12,620 bases of DNA. Origin: Chthonomonas calidirosea (lineage in GTDB: Bacteria > Armatimonadota > Fimbriimonadia > Fimbriimonadales > Fimbriimonadaceae). Positions 1 through 8,354 of this stretch are shown here, in pieces. The notes under the pieces were generated by a model that did no database searches, had not been told where the DNA came from, and worked only from the letters and a program-made list of their open reading frames with translations. Numbering within the stretch: the stretch's first letter is position 1; each line of letters begins with the position of its first letter. The position numbers were made by a program, and so were the translations under genes. The stretch lies in assembly GCA_945859975.1 (NCBI GenBank), contig CAMAPH010000061.1:1-12620 (forward strand), written 5' to 3'.

Positions 1-224
1 TGGGCCGAGTAAACGACCACGGCGCCGTTTGGAATGTCCGAAATGTCCTCGACGAAAACCACGCCTTGAGATTCAAAACTTCGAACGACATGCTCGTTGT
101 GGACAATGGCGTGACGAACGTACACCGGCGCCCCGTGAATTTTCAGGGCAAGGCTCACAACTTCAATGGCGTACGAAACTCCGGCGCAGAAGCCTCGTGG
201 CGCGGCAAGAACGATTCGGTCCAC
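1..224 (-). CDS. ispH: 4-hydroxy-3-methylbut-2-enyl diphosphate reductase (IspH/LytB), 5' part; truncated by the window edge
   Basis: Not in the ORF track. Manual translation from GTG at 224-222 gives MDRIVLAAPRGFCAGVSYAIEVVSLALKIHGAPVYVRHAIVHNEHVVRSFESQGVVFVEDISDIPNGAVVVYSA(H). This contains the IspH motifs PRGFCAGV, VYVRHxIVHN and SAH. Confidence 0.95.
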   Translation of the reverse strand, partial: MDRIVLAAPRGFCAGVSYAIEVVSLALKIHGAPVYVRHAIVHNEHVVRSFESQGVVFVEDISDIPNGAVVVYSA

Positions 225-227
225 GTC

Positions 228-638
228 CTATTCTACGTTCTCCGAGGCGTCGGCACCACGGACCACCACGAGGCGGCATCCGACCTCGGCGACAATCACG
301 GGCGCAGGCGGCAGTGGTTTTCCGACCGTTATGCCTACAGACTCGACCTTCAAAAATTCCTGAAGAATCGCGTCCGCAATCACTTTGGCGAGCCGCTCCA
401 CGGTTCGGTACTGGTGGGTCTGGACAATCTCCGTCACTCGCTTCGCGATCGCGCCGTAATCCACCGTGCCGTGGATGTCGTCAGATTCACATGCCGAACA
501 ATCTGGGACTTGCAGTTCGAGCGAAACCCGGTATCGATGGCCGATTTCTTGCTCGGCGTCCGGCACGCCGTGGTACCCGTAAGCCTCCAGTCCGGTGATG
601 AAGACGGTCCCAAATGGTCCGGTTTGTTGTATTGCCAT
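228..638 (-). CDS. folB: Dihydroneopterin aldolase
   Basis: 136 aa with the FolB motifs GLEAYGYHGVxxxEQxIGHRY, D(DI)xxTVDY, RTVERLA and VGKPxPP. Confidence 0.93.
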   Translation of the reverse strand: MAIQQTGPFGTVFITGLEAYGYHGVPDAEQEIGHRYRVSLELQVPDCSACESDDIHGTVDYGAIAKRVTEIVQTHQYRTVERLAKVIADAILQEFLKVESVGITVGKPLPPAPVIVAEVGCRLVVVRGADASENVE

Positions 639-646
639 GCTATAAT
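638..646 (+). promoter_or_regulatory. Extended -10 sigma70-type promoter for the nusA operon (TGcTATAAT)
   Basis: Perfect TGnTATAAT at 638-646, about 90 bp upstream of the nusA start. No clear -35. Confidence 0.7.
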
Positions 647-675
647 TTCAGCACAACCGAACAGCGACCAATGAC

Positions 676-699
676 AGGTGGCTCATGCCGCCTTTTTTT
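676..699 (+). terminator. Intrinsic terminator/attenuator in the nusA 5' leader
   Basis: AGGTGGC-tcat-GCCGCCT stem (one G-U pair) running into T7 at 693-699, between the promoter and the nusA RBS. Confidence 0.7.
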
Positions 700-733
700 G
701 TTCGTAAAGTTTAGTAAAAACGGAGGCACGGCG

Positions 734-1774
734 ATGGATATTCTGCAACAACTTAAAGTAATCGCGTCTGAGCGCGACTTACCAGTCGAAGAGCTTCAGC
801 TTGATTTGGAAGAGGCACTGGCAGCCGCGTACAAGCAGTTTATTGGGGCACGCGAAGGCGAAATCAAGGTGAGCATCACTTTGAACCCGCTGAGCGCAAA
901 CGTCGGAAAGGAAGTTGTCGGGCTTGTTACCGACCCGCGACTGCAAATTTCGCTTGAGGATGCTCGGAAGAAGGATCCGAAGATCGAAGTCGGCGAACTC
1001 TTGTTCGTTCAAGTCGACCCGCTTCAATTCGGCCGTATCGCTGCGCAAACGACCAAGCAAGTTCTCCAGCAGAAACTGCGAGATTCGGAGCGAAATCGAA
1101 TCACGACGATCTTCACCGAAAAGCTGGGCGACATCGTCACCGGCACGGTTTCGCGACGAGAGGCTGACCGAGTGATCATTCAGGTCAACAAGGTTGAGGC
1201 AGAGATGCCACGCCGAGAACAGGTGCCAACCGAGCCGTACCGATTGAACGACCGCTTGAAGGTTTTCGTTCTGAAAGTCGACGAGATGATGCGCGGACGA
1301 ATTCGCGTTGTCGTCAGCCGAACCCACCCGATCCTCCTCCGAAAGCTTCTTGAGCTTGAAGTCCCAGAAATCGAGCAGGGAATCGTTGTGATCAAGAGCG
1401 TTGCCCGTGAGCCCGGACAGCGAAGCAAGATCGCCGTTCTCAGCACCGATGAGCGAATCGACCCGATCGGCGCTTGCATCGGACCTCGCGGCGCACGCGT
1501 TCAGGCCATCGTGGATGAGCTTTACGACGAAAAGATCGACGTGATTCTCTACAGCGAAGACCCGAAGAAGTTCATCATCGACGCTCTTTCACCCGCAAAG
1601 GTGAACTCGATCAAGATCAACGACATCGAGAAGAGCGCCCTGGTCATCGTGCCAGATAACCAACTCTCCCTTGCCATTGGTAAGGGCGGACAAAACGTTC
1701 GACTTGCTGCTCGACTCACCGAGTGGAAGATCGACATTCGAAGCGAAAGCCAGTCCTCCGGGGCCAAGGCCTAG
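734..1774 (+). CDS. nusA: Transcription termination/antitermination factor NusA
   Basis: Motifs [12 protein letters not shown], an S1 domain, AREPGx[20 protein letters not shown] and [20 protein letters not shown]. Start moved from 614 to ATG 734 because of the GGAGG RBS at 722-726 (346 aa, no C-terminal acidic repeats). Confidence 0.97.
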   Translation: MDILQQLKVIASERDLPVEELQLDLEEALAAAYKQFIGAREGEIKVSITLNPLSANVGKEVVGLVTDPRLQISLEDARKKDPKIEVGELLFVQVDPLQFGRIAAQTTKQVLQQKLRDSERNRITTIFTEKLGDIVTGTVSRREADRVIIQVNKVEAEMPRREQVPTEPYRLNDRLKVFVLKVDEMMRGRIRVVVSRTHPILLRKLLELEVPEIEQGIVVIKSVAREPGQRSKIAVLSTDERIDPIGACIGPRGARVQAIVDELYDEKIDVILYSEDPKKFIIDALSPAKVNSIKINDIEKSALVIVPDNQLSLAIGKGGQNVRLAARLTEWKIDIRSESQSSGAKA

Positions 1775-1790
1775 CCTCTCTAAGAACTTA

Positions 1791-1819
1791 GCCCCGGGGG
1801 ACACCTACTGCCCCGGGGG
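1791..1819. repeat. Duplicated GCCCCGGGGG, each copy holding the palindrome CCCCGGGG
   Basis: Exact 10-bp copies at 1791-1800 and 1810-1819 in the nusA-ylxR spacer. Confidence 0.75.
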
Positions 1820-1845
1820 TATCATGTAGTGAGAAAGTCGTCCGT

Positions 1846-2091
1846 ATGCCTGAGCCCATAAGAATGTGCCTCGGTTGTCGGAGGCGACGTCCGAAATCTG
1901 AGTTGCTTAGGTGGGGAGCCCTCTCCGAAGCTGCGGCAAGTCACGATGGAAGAGGGGCGTATGCCTGTCCAGATGCCCAGTGTATCGAACGGGCGACAAG
2001 TAAGGGACGCGCGAATCATGCGCTTCGGAAGCAGCTTTCCGAAGGTGAGCTTCGCGAGATACGAGATAACCTTTTATGCAGACTCAGGTAA
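1846..2091 (+). CDS. ylxR: YlxR/DUF448 family RNA-binding protein (RnpM-like)
   Basis: PIRMCLGCR...K.ELLR...GRGAY.C....C pattern, in the conserved position between nusA and infB. Confidence 0.88.
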   Translation: MPEPIRMCLGCRRRRPKSELLRWGALSEAAASHDGRGAYACPDAQCIERATSKGRANHALRKQLSEGELREIRDNLLCRLR

Positions 2092-2105
2092 AGAAAGCCA
2101 CCGGA

Positions 2106-4016
2106 ATGACCCATCAGATCGCAGAACTCGCCAAAGAATTTGAAGTACGCCCCGGCGTAGTGTTTGGAGTTTTGCTTGATCTTGAGGTCGAGCACGATGG
2201 ACAATCCTTCGAGGCGGACGACGACACCGTCGCGCTCATCACAGAATCACTAGGCGAGCTCATCGGCAGTACCGAGCTCGTTCTGAAGCCAAACTCCACC
2301 CCACGCGACATGGCCTTTGCGCTGGGCGTGCCACAGCCAGAAATTCAGAAGACCTTGGTCACCAAGCTGAAGGTCATGGCAACACTTACGACCGTTCTTA
2401 AGGACGATGTGATCGAAAAGCTCGCCGGCCTCTACAACGTCACGGCACGAGTTGGCGATGCCCCTAAGCCGAAGCCAGTAGTGGCTCCGAAGAAGCAGAA
2501 CGGCGGTGCCCAGCCTCGACCACCCGTGGTCACCATCATGGGCCACGTTGACCATGGCAAGACATCGCTTCTCGACTACATCCGAAAAGCGAACGTTGCC
2601 GGAAAAGAGCACGGTGGCATTACTCAGCACATCGGTGCTTACCAAGTTGAGCTTCCCGAAGGCGTCATCACCTTCCTGGACACTCCAGGCCACGCTGCTT
2701 TCACCAACATGCGGGCTCGCGGAGCTAAGGTTACGGACATCGCGATCCTCGTGGTTGCGGCCGATGACGGCATCATGCCGCAGACGATCGAAGCGATTCA
2801 GCACATCCAAGCGGCAAACGTTCCGATGATTGTTGCCGTTAATAAGATCGACAAGATTGACGCGAACCCAGACCGAGTTCTTACCCAGCTTCCGGAATAC
2901 AACGTCATTCCAGAAGCCTATGGTGGACAGGTCATCACCTCGCCCGTGAGTGCACTCACCGGTGAAGGCGTTCCCGCTCTTCTCGAATTGATCCTGCTTC
3001 AAGCCGAGGTCATGGAGCTGAAAGCCGACCCCAAGGCCGAACTCAAGGGAGTCGTCGTCGAAGCAAAGCTCGAAAAGGGCCGCGGACCGGTCGCTACCAT
3101 GCTTGTGCAGGAAGGCACCCTCAAAACGGGTGACAGCGTCGTTGTCGGAACCACCTTTGGCCGAATCAAAGCCATGACCGACTATAAGGGCGGTCGCTTG
3201 ACCGAAGCCGGTCCGAGCACCCCGGTTGAAATCCTTGGCCTCAGCGAAGTACCTCACGCTGGTGACACCGTCATTGCGATGGCGGATGAGCGAAGCGCTC
3301 GCGAACTAGCCGAAAGCCGCGCCATGGATGAGCGGGCGAAGACCATCTTCCAGAAGTCGCGAGGAATTACCCTCTCCGACCTCCGAAAGCTCCAGCAGCA
3401 GGAAGACTTTAAGGCGCTAAACCTGATCATCAAGGCCGACGTTCAAGGTTCGGTTGAAGCCGTCAAGGGAATGCTTGAGAAGGTCCGAAACGAGGAAGTC
3501 GAAACCCACGTTATCCTCAGCGGCGTTGGCCAGGTCACAAAGGCAGACGTCGATCTTGCCGCCGCATCGGGCAGCATCATCGTCGGCTTCAACGTCAAAC
3601 CGGAAGGCGAAGCGAAGCGAGAAGCCGAGAAGCGACACGTCGAAATTCGAACGTACACGATCATTTACGAACTGATCGAAGACATCGAAGCGGCGGCAAA
3701 GGGCATGCTCGAACCGAAGTTCGAAGAGCAGTACCTTGGCTTGGCCGAAGTTCGACTCCGAATGCAGTTCTCGAGGAAGGGCGTCATTGCTGGCTGCTAC
3801 ATCACGGACGGCAAGATCACCCGAAACGCCAAGTGCCGCGTCAAGCGCGGACGAGAAATCGTCCACACGGGCAGCGTTGCTTCGCTCCGTCACTTCAAGG
3901 ACGACGTCCGAGAAGTCACGATGGGTATGGAATGCGGAATCACCTTCAACGACTTTGAAGAGTTCGTCGAAGGCGACATTATCGAAGCGTTCGAGATGAT
4001 CCAGGTCAACGCCTGA
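2106..4016 (+). CDS. infB: Translation initiation factor IF-2 (compact N-terminus)
   Basis: Motifs [46 protein letters not shown] and GMECGI. ATG 2106 ([12 protein letters not shown]) is preferred to ATG 2076, which overlaps ylxR; the start is uncertain. Confidence 0.97.
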   Translation: MTHQIAELAKEFEVRPGVVFGVLLDLEVEHDGQSFEADDDTVALITESLGELIGSTELVLKPNSTPRDMAFALGVPQPEIQKTLVTKLKVMATLTTVLKDDVIEKLAGLYNVTARVGDAPKPKPVVAPKKQNGGAQPRPPVVTIMGHVDHGKTSLLDYIRKANVAGKEHGGITQHIGAYQVELPEGVITFLDTPGHAAFTNMRARGAKVTDIAILVVAADDGIMPQTIEAIQHIQAANVPMIVAVNKIDKIDANPDRVLTQLPEYNVIPEAYGGQVITSPVSALTGEGVPALLELILLQAEVMELKADPKAELKGVVVEAKLEKGRGPVATMLVQEGTLKTGDSVVVGTTFGRIKAMTDYKGGRLTEAGPSTPVEILGLSEVPHAGDTVIAMADERSARELAESRAMDERAKTIFQKSRGITLSDLRKLQQQEDFKALNLIIKADVQGSVEAVKGMLEKVRNEEVETHVILSGVGQVTKADVDLAAASGSIIVGFNVKPEGEAKREAEKRHVEIRTYTIIYELIEDIEAAAKGMLEPKFEEQYLGLAEVRLRMQFSRKGVIAGCYITDGKITRNAKCRVKRGREIVHTGSVASLRHFKDDVREVTMGMECGITFNDFEEFVEGDIIEAFEMIQVNA

Positions 4017-4025
4017 TCCCCTCGC

Positions 4026-5657
4026 TTACATTCGGAAGAGACTGAAACCCGGTTGTTGGAGCGGTGCATTTGCCGCCGCTTCAATGCCCAAAGCGAGCAC
4101 TCGTCTCGTGTCGACGGGATCGATGATCCCGTCATCCCAAAGTCGCGCGGTGGAGTAATAGCAACTTGACTCCTCCGCGTACTTGTCCAGGATTGGCTGC
4201 TTAAACTCCGCTTGTTCTTCGGGCAAAAGCGTCCCACCCTTCGCCGCGAGCTGATCCATCTTTACGGTGAGCAGAACATTGGCGGCTTGTTCGCCACCCA
4301 TAACGCTAATCCGAGCGTTCGGCCACATCCACATCATTCGTGGCTGGAAGGCTCTTCCGCACATGCCGTAGTTTCCAGCACCGTAGCTGCCGCCGACGAC
4401 GATCGTGAACTTCGGTACGGACGCAGTACTGACTGCTGTGACAAGCTTTGCGCCGTTCTTCGCGATGCCCTCATTCTCATACTTACGCCCGACCATGAAG
4501 CCGGTGATGTTCTGCACAAAGACCAGGGGTACGCCTCGCTGGTTGCAGAGCTCAATGAAATGCGCGCCTTTGAGCGACGACTCGGAGAACAGAATTCCAT
4601 CGTTCGCCAAAATCCCGACTAGGTGTCCGTAGACCCGGGCAAATCCGCAGATGAGGGTCTTGCCGTAGTTCGCCTTGAACTCCTGGAACCGGCTGCCATC
4701 CACGATGCGAGCAAGAACCGCGCGCATGTTCATTGGAACCTTCGAGTCGCTTGGAACAAGGGAATACAGCTCCTTCGGATCGAACGCCGGGTCTTCTGGC
4801 GTAGCCGCAGGTTGGGCACCTGGCTTCTTTGCTGTCCCAAGAGATTCGACGATGTTACGGACGATTTGCAGGGCGTGGGAGTCATCCTCGGCCAGATGGT
4901 CGGCAACGCCGGAAAGTCGAGTGTGCACATCCGCGCCGCCAAGATCCTCAGCGGTGACTTCCTCACCCGTGGCCGCCTTGACGAGCGGAGGTCCACCGAG
5001 GAAGATGGTGCCCTGTCCGCGCACGATGACCGTCTCGTCGCTCATGGCCGGGACGTACGCGCCGCCCGCCGTGCATGAACCCATGACGCTCGCAATTTGC
5101 GGAATCCCGGCTGCCGAGAGACGTGCTTGGTTGTAGAAAATTCGGCCAAAGTGGTCTCGATCCGGAAATACTTCGGCCTGCAAGGGCAAGAAAGCTCCGC
5201 CGGAATCCACCAAGTAAACGCAGGGCAGATGGTTCTCCAGCGCGACCTCTTGGGCTCGAAGATGCTTTTTGACCGTGATGGGGAAGTAGGTGCCGCCCTT
5301 TACGGTGGCGTCGTTTGCAACGACCATGACCTCACGACCGTGCACCCGGGTGATTCCGGTCACGACTCCGGCACTTGGCGCATCGCCTTTGTACATGCCA
5401 TCTGCGGCCAAGGTTGAGAGTTCGAGGAACGGTGCTCCCGGATCGGCCAGGGCTTCTACTCGTTCTCGGGCGAGAAGCTTTCCTCGGCCCTTGTGCTTTG
5501 CGACGAGATCGGAGCCTCCGCCAAGCATTGCCTGCGCGGTCTTGGCTCGAAACTCGGTCAGCACCGCCTCCATCGCTTCGCGATTCCGCTGGAATTCGGG
5601 CTGGTTGAGATCAACGGAATGGTTCAATTGCTCCATCGCACTTCGATTCTGAAACAC
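4026..5657 (-). CDS. Acyl-CoA carboxylase carboxyltransferase subunit, most likely 3-methylcrotonyl-CoA carboxylase beta (LiuB/MccB type)
   Basis: Motifs [82 protein letters not shown] and C-terminal FRM. Start is either GTG 5657 (GAGGG upstream) or ATG 5636. Confidence 0.9.
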   Translation of the reverse strand: MFQNRSAMEQLNHSVDLNQPEFQRNREAMEAVLTEFRAKTAQAMLGGGSDLVAKHKGRGKLLARERVEALADPGAPFLELSTLAADGMYKGDAPSAGVVTGITRVHGREVMVVANDATVKGGTYFPITVKKHLRAQEVALENHLPCVYLVDSGGAFLPLQAEVFPDRDHFGRIFYNQARLSAAGIPQIASVMGSCTAGGAYVPAMSDETVIVRGQGTIFLGGPPLVKAATGEEVTAEDLGGADVHTRLSGVADHLAEDDSHALQIVRNIVESLGTAKKPGAQPAATPEDPAFDPKELYSLVPSDSKVPMNMRAVLARIVDGSRFQEFKANYGKTLICGFARVYGHLVGILANDGILFSESSLKGAHFIELCNQRGVPLVFVQNITGFMVGRKYENEGIAKNGAKLVTAVSTASVPKFTIVVGGSYGAGNYGMCGRAFQPRMMWMWPNARISVMGGEQAANVLLTVKMDQLAAKGGTLLPEEQAEFKQPILDKYAEESSCYYSTARLWDDGIIDPVDTRRVLALGIEAAANAPLQQPGFSLFRM

Positions 5658-5675
5658 CTAGCCCTCTGTTCGCTG

Positions 5676-5714
5676 TTTAAGGGACCGTTAAGGCTTGTCG
5701 TTGGCGAGTAGCAT
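5676..5714 (+). promoter_or_regulatory. Candidate promoter: TTAAGG direct repeat with 11-bp period, plus -10 TAGCAT 6 nt before the ATG
   Basis: TTAAGG at 5677-5682 and 5688-5693; TAGCAT at 5709-5714; ATG at 5721; no strong SD. Confidence 0.4.
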
Positions 5715-5720
5715 CTGGAA

Positions 5721-8270
5721 ATGAAAAGAGGTCTTCTCTTCGTTGGGCTTGCACTTGCGGTCGGTGCGACAGCGATGGTTACGCGGCAGGATGTCCGCGG
5801 GCTGCTCGTTACAGGTAAGTGGATCAACACCGATTCTGGCCTTGCCCATGAGAAGGTTGGAAGCTATCCGGTCAACATGGCCAAGTCTCCCGACGGCCGA
5901 TTTGTCGCGGTAACAAACTCGGGCTATCGCCAGCAGATTTCGATTCTGGATTCGACGACCGGAAAGTTGGTGAGCAAGCTTGAGTTCAACGCCTCAACCC
6001 GAGGAAAGAAGGAAGCCCTTTATTACGGACTTACTTTCCATAAAGCCGGCGACCAGACCCTGCTCTACGTCTCGAACGGCTACTTGGACACGGTTACCGT
6101 TCTAGAACTCGCCGCAGACGGAAAGCTCACGAAGATCAAAGAGATCGTTGAAGATGCCCCGACGGATTCATCTGGTCTTCCGCACCACATCGCAGGCGTC
6201 GCCACCGCCAAGAACGGTCAATATCTGGTCGTAGCGAACAACCAGAGCCATCACTACAACAAGTTCAAAGGCAGCATCGGAGTCTGGACGATGGACGCTT
6301 CGAACAAGTACGAGAAGATCAGCGTCGATGGATTCCCGCTGGCCGTAGTGGGGACTCGGGATGGTCGGGCCTTTGTCTCATCCGAAATGACCGGAGGGGT
6401 GACCGAAGTTGACCTCGCGACTAAGAAGACGAAGTTCATCAAGACCGGCGAAAACCCGAGCTACCTCGCGCTCAACAAGTCCGAGACAATGCTTTTTGTC
6501 ACCAACGCCAACAGCGATACGCTTTCGGTTATTGACACGTCCACCGGAAAAGTCTTCAAAACCGTCCTCCTTCGCCCCGCAGAATTCCCGGGCATTCCAG
6601 GTTCAACCCCGCTCGGTCTCGCCCTTTCGAGTGACGAGAAGACCGCCTACATCGCAATGGCCGACTTGAACGCGGTAGCCGTGGTGGACCTGGAAGAATC
6701 ATCGGTCAAGGGCTACATTCCTGCCGGTTGGTATCCAACTTCGGTCGCCCTCAGCCCGAACGACAAGGCTCTCTTCATCGCCAACGCGAAGGGAGTTGGC
6801 ACCCGGAATCCAAACGGAAAATCAGTCGGTGACCTCGGCACCTACGGGCCAAACATCATCGAAGGCACCGTCCAGACCGTCAGCCTGAATGAGGCGTTGG
6901 GCAACCTCGCGGCAAGCACGATCAACGTTCTGGAAAACAATCGAGCAACCGGCAACTACGAAGCGAGCAGCCGAAAGGCGTTCGTCAAGCCTCCAATCGA
7001 GCACGTCATTTACATCGTCAAAGAGAACCGAACGTACGACCAGGTTCTGGGCGACCTCAATCGAGGCAACCGCGATTCATCTCTGGTGTTATTCGGCCGA
7101 GAATCGACCCCGAACCAGCACGCCCTCGCCGAGCGATTCGTTCTGCTTGATAACTTTTACGTCTGCGCCGAAGTCTCCGCCGATGGCTGGAACTGGTCTA
7201 CCGCAGGCATGTCCAACGAGTACGTCGCCCGCAACACCCTCACCAACTACAGCAGACGTGGTCGAAACTACGACTTCGAAGGTCAGATCAACGGCTCGCC
7301 GGTTGACGTGCAAGGAATGCACAACCCCGCAGAGCCTGCCGGTGGCTATGTATGGGATCAAGCCGCGGCGCAGAACGTGAGCCAGCGCAACTACGGCTTC
7401 TTCGTCAACAACCAAGTCGCTGACAAGGACAACGCCTCGAAGCCAATCGCCGAGGAAGGCGTGCCCAACCAGAAAGCGCATCAGAATGTCACCAATCGGG
7501 ACTTCCGAAAGTACGACATGGAGTTTGCCGACTCGGAAGCCTGGGTCAAGCACGGTCTGCCAAAGGCCCCTCGACAGCTTGAGGCATACGGCAGCCAGAA
7601 GGACCCCAGCCGCATGACGACCTGGCTCCGAGACTTCAACGGGTTTGTGAAGTCGGGCAAGATGCCAAAGCTCCAAGTTGTTCGACTCGGAAGAGACCAC
7701 ACTAGCGGCACCACCCCCGGCCAACCAAGCCCACGCGCTTGCGTTGCCGACAACGATTACGCCGTCGGTCAACTCGTCGAAGCCGTGAGCAACAGTCCGT
7801 ACTGGAAGAGCACCGCAATCTTCGTTCTAGAAGATGACGCCCAGGCCGGCACGGACCACGTCGAAAGCCACCGATCCATCGCGTTCGTCATCAGCCCTTA
7901 CATTCAGCGAGCAAAGCTCGATAGCTCCTTCTACAACACCAACTCGATGCTGCGAACCATGGGCCTTCTTCTTGGTCTGAAGCCTTGGAACCAGTACATC
8001 GCCACCGCCTACCCAATGGGCGTGTTCGAAAAGACCATGGTCAACCCGGCTCCTTACAAGGCGATTCTGCCGAGCAAGGAGATCGTTGGGGAAGTGAACA
8101 CCCGAACGGCATATCGAGCGGCAGATAGCGAACGACTCATCAACCCGCTCGAAGAGGAATCCATGCCGGATGTGGAACTCAACGACATCCTTTGGGGAGC
8201 CATCAAAGGGGCCAAAACTCCACGACCAAAAACGCCAAACACCATTTGGCGCGCGCAAGACCTGAAGTAG
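5721..8270 (+). CDS. Secreted YVTN/YncE-type beta-propeller fused to a phosphoesterase (phospholipase C/alkaline phosphatase superfamily) domain
   Basis: Signal-peptide-like N-terminus (MKRGLLFVGLALAVGATA); propeller blades (FVTNANSDTLSVID, GYIPAGWYPTSVALSP); phosphoesterase motifs HVIYIVKENRTYDQVLGD, LLDNFY, DNDYAVGQLVEAVS and EDDAQAGTDHV. Confidence 0.85.
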   Translation: MKRGLLFVGLALAVGATAMVTRQDVRGLLVTGKWINTDSGLAHEKVGSYPVNMAKSPDGRFVAVTNSGYRQQISILDSTTGKLVSKLEFNASTRGKKEALYYGLTFHKAGDQTLLYVSNGYLDTVTVLELAADGKLTKIKEIVEDAPTDSSGLPHHIAGVATAKNGQYLVVANNQSHHYNKFKGSIGVWTMDASNKYEKISVDGFPLAVVGTRDGRAFVSSEMTGGVTEVDLATKKTKFIKTGENPSYLALNKSETMLFVTNANSDTLSVIDTSTGKVFKTVLLRPAEFPGIPGSTPLGLALSSDEKTAYIAMADLNAVAVVDLEESSVKGYIPAGWYPTSVALSPNDKALFIANAKGVGTRNPNGKSVGDLGTYGPNIIEGTVQTVSLNEALGNLAASTINVLENNRATGNYEASSRKAFVKPPIEHVIYIVKENRTYDQVLGDLNRGNRDSSLVLFGRESTPNQHALAERFVLLDNFYVCAEVSADGWNWSTAGMSNEYVARNTLTNYSRRGRNYDFEGQINGSPVDVQGMHNPAEPAGGYVWDQAAAQNVSQRNYGFFVNNQVADKDNASKPIAEEGVPNQKAHQNVTNRDFRKYDMEFADSEAWVKHGLPKAPRQLEAYGSQKDPSRMTTWLRDFNGFVKSGKMPKLQVVRLGRDHTSGTTPGQPSPRACVADNDYAVGQLVEAVSNSPYWKSTAIFVLEDDAQAGTDHVESHRSIAFVISPYIQRAKLDSSFYNTNSMLRTMGLLLGLKPWNQYIATAYPMGVFEKTMVNPAPYKAILPSKEIVGEVNTRTAYRAADSERLINPLEEESMPDVELNDILWGAIKGAKTPRPKTPNTIWRAQDLK

Positions 8271-8287
8271 TATCTCGGGAAGAAAGC

Positions 8288-8325
8288 ACCGGTTTCGAAG
8301 AAATTTCTGATTCTTTGGAACCGGT
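8288..8325 (+). other. 15-bp intergenic stem-loop with no U-tract
   Basis: ACCGGTTTCGAAGAA (8288-8302), an 8-nt loop, then TTCTTTGGAACCGGT (8311-8325): 13 Watson-Crick and 2 G-U pairs as + strand RNA. Confidence 0.6.
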
Positions 8326-8354
8326 CCTTCGTCGTAACCGATAATGAGAGGGGA

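Noticed and set aside
29..674. Plus-strand ORFs 29..598 and 66..674
   Set aside because: Antisense to clear folB and ispH coding sequence; no protein-like signal.
614..733. 40-aa N-terminal extension of NusA in the ORF track
   Set aside because: It overlaps folB, the promoter and the leader terminator. The GGAGG RBS points to ATG 734.
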